Source of the DNA: the human T2T-CHM13v2.0 reference genome, Homo sapiens
NCBI RefSeq assembly: GCF_009914755.1
Contig: NC_060929.1
Length of the DNA stretch: 64,000 bases
Strand: one strand, 5' to 3'
In this document: positions 52,873 to 64,000 of the stretch, in pieces
Layout of the letters: every line of letters begins with the position of its first letter
How positions within the stretch are numbered: position 1 is the stretch's first letter
The notes under the pieces: generated by a model
The model's input: the letters and a program-made list of their open reading frames with translations, nothing else
Told to the model about the DNA's origin: nothing
The model's database searches: none
Made by a program: the position numbers and the translations under genes

Positions 52873-53098
52873 TAATTTTATATTTTCATCACCCCAAAAC
52901 AAAATGAGTAGTCATTTCTGTTCTTCCCTCCCCACATCCTCTGATAGCCGTTTACATATTTTCTCTTTCTAGATTTGCCTCTTTGGACATTTAATGTAAG
53001 TGGAATCATGCGATATGTGACCTTTTGTGTCTGGCTTTTTTCATTTAGCATAATGTTTCAAGATTTATTCATATAGCATGTATCAGTACATCATTCTC

Positions 53099-53393
<295 letters not shown>

Positions 53394-54079
53394 ATCATTC
53401 TCTTTTATGGCTGAATATTATTCTGTTGAATGCTTATACAGTATTTTATTTGTCCATTTATCAGTGAATGGACGTTGGGTTGTTTGCACATTTCAGTTAT
53501 GAATAATGCTGCTATAAATATGAACATTCATGTACAAGTTTTTGCATGGATTTGTTTTAATTTATCTTGGGTATATATACCTAGGAGTAGAGTTGCTGGG
53601 TTGTATGGTAACTCTGTGTTTAATATTTTGCAGAACTGCTAGTCTGTTTTCTAAAGTGGCTGCATAGTTTTACGTTTCCATCAGCCGTGTAGGAAATATG
53701 TGGCCTTTTGTAATTGGCTTCTTTCACTTAGCATAATATGTTCAAGGTTTATCCATGTTGTGGTATGTATCAGTACTTCATTCCTTTTAATGGCTGAATA
53801 ATGTCCCATTGCATGGATATAACACATTTATCCTTCAGAAAGCTTTTTATCCAAAAGTATTCAGTGAAGCATTAGTTATAATTTTAAAAAATTGAAAATT
53901 ACCTTAATTTTTAACAAAAAAGAGTCGTTAAATTAGGTACATCTGCATATATCTTTTATTAGTAATTCATTGTAAAGGATTTCAAAGGAAAACAATTGTT
54001 AGAGTGCTAAAGTAGGATACAAAATTGTACGTGTACAACTGTTCAGTGTACCTGGTTTTGGGGGATGGTTATTAATTTC

Positions 54080-54373
54080 TTTATTTTTAATTTTCTTAGT
54101 CTCCTCTGTTGCCCAGGATGGAGTGCAGTAGTGTGATCATACTTGGTGTAACCTCGAACTCCAGGGCTCAAGTAAGCCTCGCACCTCAGCCTCCTGAGTA
54201 GTTAGGACTACAGGCACATGTCATCATGCCCAGCTAATTTAAAAATTTTTTTTGGTAGAGATAGGGTCTTGCTCTGTTGCCCAGGTTGGTTGTGAACTCC
54301 TGGGCTCAAGCAATCCTGTGCCTTAGCCTCCTAAAGCACTGTGATTACAGATGTAAGCTACTGGGCCCAGCCC
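54080..54373 (-). mobile_element. AluJ
   Basis: Antisense J-type Alu. Confidence 0.9.
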
Positions 54374-54474
54374 CCAATTTAAAAATGTTTCTATATTTTC
54401 CACACTTTTTACAATGATCATATATTCCTTTTATAATCAAAGTAAAAGAATAGTTTTTTTAAATGATAATAGAG

Positions 54475-54895
<421 letters not shown>

Positions 54896-55648
54896 AACCC
54901 AAAACCGTAAAACCAACAGTAGCTGTATCTTTGTATGTTACTGATATAAATTTATTCAGCCAAGAAAAGCAGGATCATCAGTGTAAGGAGTGTTAATATT
55001 CTATATTGATTCATGATTAGCATATATTATAAATAAAATAATTTCTGACTATGGCTAAGAGAACTTTTAATTTTTCACATGGACCTAAGCATTTCAATTT
55101 ATAATAGCAGTGTAGAATAATTCTTGTGTATTTGACTTCTGAAATGAGGGAGAGGAAAAATACAGGCAATGCATATTTTAAGCATAATGAACAGTATTGT
55201 TTCTTTCAGAGCTCCTTGCAAGAAACAAACTCTATTCTAGGATTTTTAGGCAGAAAGATATCTTATGGTAGGCAATTTGGTACTTACAAAATCATTGCAT
55301 GGTCTGGAAGAGCTGGAATCAGAGGGTTATCACTAGATTAATATATTCAAGAACATAAGCCCATAGCTGTGACTGAGAGGTCAGGAAACAAACTGGTAAG
55401 TAGTCATAGGAACACTGAATCTGGTACCACAGCTTCTTCTAGTTGCCTTTATATCTGGTGAGTAGAGTTAGGCTATCACAATTGTTTCTAAACCTTCTTT
55501 GTGTCATTGCTCACCACTTAAATCAGCAACAGAAAGATAGCTTCCATTATCACTTCTGCTTTACAAATCTCATAAGAGGCTGTCTAACTAGCAGAACCTT
55601 GTTTGCATTTCCAATACTAACTGTAAAGGAAAGTCTGGGAAATGTAGC

Positions 55649-55982
55649 TTTTTTTTTTTTTTTTGGTTGGGGGGACAGGGTCTCACTGTGTCACCCATGC
55701 TGGAGTGCAGTGACATGATCTTGGCTCACTGCAGCCTCAACCTCCTGGGCTCAAGCAATCCTCCTGGGCCCAAGCAGTCCTCCCCGGCTCAAGAGGTCCT
55801 CCTTAGTAGCTGGGACTATAGGTGCTCATCACCACACCCAGCTAATTAAAAAAATTGTTTTTTGTGGAGATGGGATCTCACTGTATTGCCCAGTCTGGTC
55901 TTGAACTCCTGGGCTTAAGTGATCCTCCTGCCTTGGCCTCTCAAAATGCTGGGATTATAGGCATGAGCAAATGCACCTGGCC
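55649..55982 (-). mobile_element. AluJ with an internal 19-bp triplication
   Basis: Antisense Alu with cctcctgggctcaagcaat-like x3 at 55741-55797. Confidence 0.9.
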
Positions 55983-56143
55983 AGTTTTTTTTTTTTTTTT
56001 TTTTTTTTAAATAAAGCATTCCTGCCCTTGACGTACAAGAAGGCACGTATAGGGAGTGGTGAGAGGGAATGAATGCCAACTATTTCATGACTAGCCTTCA
56101 GAAGCCTCTGTTTACTAGGTAATAAGGCTTTATACTCAGCGTA

Positions 56144-56976
<833 letters not shown>

Positions 56977-57055
56977 TAATCTGAACCATTGATGTTCTAT
57001 TTTCATAATGTGTCAGTTGTAGTGTTTCATTGGAAGTAAATGGATGTTTGTAGAA

Positions 57056-57386
<331 letters not shown>

Positions 57387-57539
57387 TAGTGTGTTTCTCT
57401 TTGGATTGAATAGGTAAAATATTGCCAATAGATGTAAAAGTCTCCATACTTTTTTCCCTAATAGTTGGGCTTTTATAGAATTGAATTAATATGTAATTTT
57501 TTTTCTTTTATTATTTGATTATTTTACCTCCATTTATTA

Positions 57540-57837
<298 letters not shown>

Positions 57838-58103
57838 TTGTGGTAATGTTTAAAAATAGTATGTGAACTAGTAAATGCAACTTTTCCTCTTATAATGTGG
57901 AATCAAGATGTTACACTTTTTAGTTCCTGATAAAATAAAGTTTTGAGAATGCTAGAAGATACTTAAGTGTAATTTTTTTATCTGAAGATATTTCTACCTC
58001 CCAAGTTTCATGAAATATCAGCCTATTGAGTAGTTTCAGTATGGTGAGTGTCTCATTAAAAAGCCATATGCTAAATAACTTCCAAATACTGTAATTTCGA
58101 TTC

Positions 58104-58257
58104 CTTTTTTTTTAGAGAGAGCCTCACTCTATGGTCCAGGCTGAAGTGCAGTGGTGCAGTCATACCTCACTACAGCCCCAAACCCCTGGCTTCAGATGAT
58201 CCTTCTGCCTCAGTATCTGAGATAGCTGGGAATATAGGTTTGAGCCACTGGGCCTGG
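58104..58257 (-). mobile_element. Alu right monomer (FRAM-like)
   Basis: Single antisense arm. Confidence 0.8.
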
Positions 58258-58341
58258 TAGATTCTTCACTAAGTATTTGAGAGCAAATTAGGGATTTTTA
58301 GCTTCTGGTACCATTTGTTGCTTGCAACAGAAAGTTAGGTT

Positions 58342-58436
58342 GACCTGGAAACTTAACTGCTTTAGAGATACCTACTGACTACTTTGGCAAGGACCTGGAA
58401 ACTTAACTGCTTTAGAGATGCTATTGACTACTTTGG
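58342..58436. repeat. ~50-bp tandem duplication
   Basis: gacctggaaacttaactgctttagagat...tgactactttgg occurs at 58342 and 58392. Confidence 0.93.
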
Positions 58437-58990
58437 AGGAGCAAGGAATGAGGCTTTGGTATAGACATTTTCAGGCACTGAAATTTAAGGGTTGTTGTTG
58501 TTCCTTCTACCCCCACCACTTTTCAAATTGATTACTTTTCTTTGATCAGTATTATTTATTAATAGTATTCTGTGTCAGCAAGTTAGGGTAATTGTTAAAT
58601 GTTTTGGCTCCTGTATTCTATACATTTTTTTTGTAAAAACTGCTTAATACATTTTAGAGCTGACATTAATGTTTTTCATCATAAGTTTAAAAGGTTGCAA
58701 AAGATTTAGTTTCTGGTGTATTGTCTGTTGTATATGTTTTTACATAATGTATTGACTAAGATCTTGACCTTAAAGTGATTTTGGTTATTCACTTTAATGG
58801 GAAGTACTGCTATAAAATCTAATTGCTGGTCCTCATAGTCAAACCAGCCAAATGGAGTATGTTTTCTCATCAGAAGTGGTTTTATTTTTAATTCTAAGAA
58901 ACACATCGGTACCTGCACTCAGTGACTTTCACTTTCTACTTCTAAGACAGGTTGATAAAGCAAGGAGTCATGTCAAGAGTTTGTAGCATA

Positions 58991-59746
<756 letters not shown>

Positions 59747-60061
59747 TTGACTTTCTTTTATAACATAGAAGAGCTATTGTGAAAGGAAAGATGGAAGAGA
59801 CAAGGAATCGTGCTTGGATACGTCAATTTTAGAAGAGCACAAAAGGCAGTTGGTGATCTGAAAATTGATTTCCTTAAAATTGTCTAGACCTGTGTACCCC
59901 CTGGAAAGTATCAAACCTTATACTGGGTTGAGGACTCTTGAGTTAAGGGAACAGCTTATCTTCTGCCTTAATTGGTATCATGTATTTATCTTTTGAAGTA
60001 AATTATTTCACTTTTTAATTTTACCTTGAAAGTTTTGAGAAACTGTATAACTGGCTGCTTC

Positions 60062-60380
60062 TTTTTTCTTTCTTTTTTTTTTTTTGTTTTTTTTTTTTTT
60101 TGAGACAGGGTATGGCTCTGTCGCCCAGGCTGGAGTGCAGTGGCGCGGGGTCAATGGCAGCCTCCACCTCCCAGGGCTCAAATGATCCTCCCATCTCAGA
60201 CTCCTGAGTAGCAGAGACTACAGGCTGGCACCAGGCTGGCTGGTTAATTTTTGTATTTTTAGTAGAGACGGGATTTGGCCATGTTGCCCAGGCTGATCTC
60301 AAACTCCTGGGCTCAAGTGATCTGCACACCTCGTCCTCCCAGAGTGGTAGGATTATAGGCATGAGCCACCATGCCTGGCC
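60062..60380 (-). mobile_element. AluJ
   Basis: Antisense Alu; TSD-like ataactg. Confidence 0.92.
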
Positions 60381-60862
60381 ATAACTGACTTTTATGATGA
60401 AACCAGCGTAGTTTTTATAGTACTTTACAGGCCAGCGAACATAGTAATTAGAACCTCATGGAAGTGATTGCCAAAATATAAAAATTAGAAAAAAAGAAAA
60501 CTGTATCTTTGTCTTTTACTCCATACCAGGGTAAATTCTTGATTTTTCCCAGAGTTCAAGATAAAAAAGGAAAACCTTAAAAATACTAGGAGAAAACATC
60601 GGTCAATATAAAAACTCTTGGGTATGGGGAGGGCTTTCACAAGAAGCCTTATAGAGAAATATTTATAAGTGTGCCTGATTTGTAAGTAAGATTGTTCTGT
60701 GGTCTGTAGTTGTTGTTTTTTAATTATTTCTTAATGCTATTTGGTTAGCCATGTCAAATTGTCATATCTTAATCACTTATAAAATGTTTATATAATGAAG
60801 GTGAATTATTATGGTCCATGAATTTATGTATATGATTTTTTTTTTAAAAAAGGACTTATTCA

Positions 60863-61043
60863 GAATGGTGGTTCCCTACCCTGGCAGTACACTAAAATAG
60901 TCTGGTGGTACCCTTAACAAAACACAGGTTCCTGGGAACCACTCCTAGGAATTGATTAATTTGTCTGATGTGGGGCTTTGGCATTAATATTGCTTTAGAA
61001 GCTCACCAGTTTATTTTACTATCCACTCGGAATTGAAAACTAC
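60863..61043. mobile_element. MER5-like hAT MITE
   Basis: gtggttccctaccctggcagtacact...tgattaatttgtctgatgtggggctttggcat...ttgaaaactac. Confidence 0.6.
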
Positions 61044-61562
61044 GTTTTTGAAGGATTTGTTTTCACTTTGATCTTTATTTTGTTTAGTTACTCTTTTTTT
61101 TCTCCTTCCCTTGAACTCAGTTTGGTACATTAAAAGACTAAATATAATATTATAGAGTCCAGCATGCTCCTTTTTCTCATTAAAGAAGTAAATCTCCAAA
61201 TTATTGTTTTATAGCCATAACTTTTTTAAAAATATGAATTCTTCTTTAGAAATAGTTTTCAAAATACATGTAAGATCAAGACTGCCATTTACATCTAAGT
61301 AATCTTGCAAGTTTTATATTACCTTTTCCCTCTGCTCTTTAAATACAAATAACCCTTCAAAAATACTAATATAACAAACACCACCCGGGACTCATCAGCC
61401 TTTCTGATGGTTTCTTTGGTAAGTTAAGGGTTTATTTGGCACTTCATAATAGACAAGGTTGTACATATGTAGAAGTGGGGAGAAATTAGTTAGGAAACCA
61501 GTCTGTTATGTTCTCTTGGAATTAACTCTTGATTATTAAGCATCTTAAAAATGAGTATCTTT

Positions 61563-62190
<628 letters not shown>

Positions 62191-62216
62191 TTGGTAATTT
62201 AAAAGTACACAGTTAG

Positions 62217-62530
62217 GGCTGGGTGTGGTGGCTTGTGCCTGTAATCCCAGCACTTTGGGAGGCTGAGGTTGGCAGATCTCAAGTGATAGTTCAAGACCAG
62301 TCTGAGAAATATGGCAAAACCCCATCTCTACCAAAAAAATAAAAATAATAATAAAATAAAAATCAGCCTGGCATGGTGGCATACACCTGTAGTCCCAGCT
62401 CCTTGGGAGCCTGAGGTGGGAGGATCGCTTGAGCACAGGAGATTGAGGCTGCAGTGAGCTGAGATTGCACCCACTCAGCCTGGGTGACAGTGCGAGACCC
62501 TGTCTCAAAAAAAAAAAAAAAAAAAAAACA
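62217..62530 (+). mobile_element. AluJ
   Basis: Sense J-type Alu. Confidence 0.92.
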
Positions 62531-62657
62531 GAAACAAACTATAATACAGCAAAAGAACATAGTTGTTCATTTGAATGTTGAATGAATGAACAGATAGAGA
62601 TATTTTGATAATACTACTTGCACATTTGTCAGATTTTAATAATCTAAAAATGAATAA

Positions 62658-63327
<670 letters not shown>

Positions 63328-64000
63328 AGTAAGAACTTACTTTTCTTATGTTCTTTATTTTTCTGTAAAGTATTACCTTCTCCCCTTCCCAATGAACAGT
63401 TTGTCAACAGTCATTTTACTTTTAGGCCCTGGTGTGCCAGGTACTGACTGAAATACAGACTGATCGCTCTGCCATAGAGTGACGCAACTTACTGCGTGTC
63501 TTAACTCCTTATAAAGGCAACTGGGACAAATTCGATATGTATTGGCTGCTTTAAGATAAGCTAGTTGGCATTTCAGGACCCCCTGTATTTACTGGAAGTA
63601 ATGTCACACTGAGCCACTCTTCTGGTGAAAATGTACAGCTGGTAGAAGAAATTGTGTGTTAATGATATTGTCAATGCAGGAGGGCCACTACATACAAGGA
63701 TGCAGAGTCAAGTATACACTGTTTGAAAAGTACGCACAATATTGAGAAAGACCAGAAAACATTATCTTTAAGCGGATAGGCTGAATTAAATTGGGAATTC
63801 CTGGCTTCACAGAGTATATCCAATCTGATATACTCTGTGATCCAAATCTGGATCACACAAAAATATAATAATTTTATTTGACATAATATAGAAAATTAAT
63901 ACAAGATAAAGAGGACAAATTACTCATCAGTTTGGGAACTGTGACTTACTTTGCCTTGAAGGAAAGGTATGTTGTCCCTTTTCTGGGATCAAATAAAACC

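Overview
Primate (very probably human) genomic DNA with no complete protein-coding exon. About 70 Alu copies (roughly a third of the window) sit among old L1M, L2 and MIR fragments, MaLR/ERVL LTRs (MLT1, MLT2) and DNA-transposon MITEs (MER2, MER33, MER63A, MER91A, MER94-like, Tigger2a, MER5). The centre (~32.6-33.9 kb) is a CpG-island promoter with a non-coding + strand first exon ending at a strong donor (GACG|GTGAGT, 33180/33181). The rest of the window is the start of a long first intron. From memory the 5'UTR and layout fit CDC42SE2 (5q31); this is unverified. Almost all ORFs in the supplied track are Alu, L1 or simple-repeat artefacts. The most notable observations are: a ~680-bp pure C/T (CCCCT)n expansion inside an Alu poly(A) tail, bracketed by that Alu's target-site duplication; a decayed ERVL-type pro/RT fossil that supplies a consensus splice donor ~18.5 kb upstream of the TSS; a possible divergent transcript with a strong-Kozak 59-aa smORF and a perfect (GGGT)4 G4; a (GGAA)15 microsatellite; immune-type motif clusters; a TSD-flanked 45-bp micro-insertion; and a pair of overlapping perfect hairpins near the right end. 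I found no convincing new multi-gene system. Repeat family calls come from recalled consensus sequences and their boundaries are approximate.
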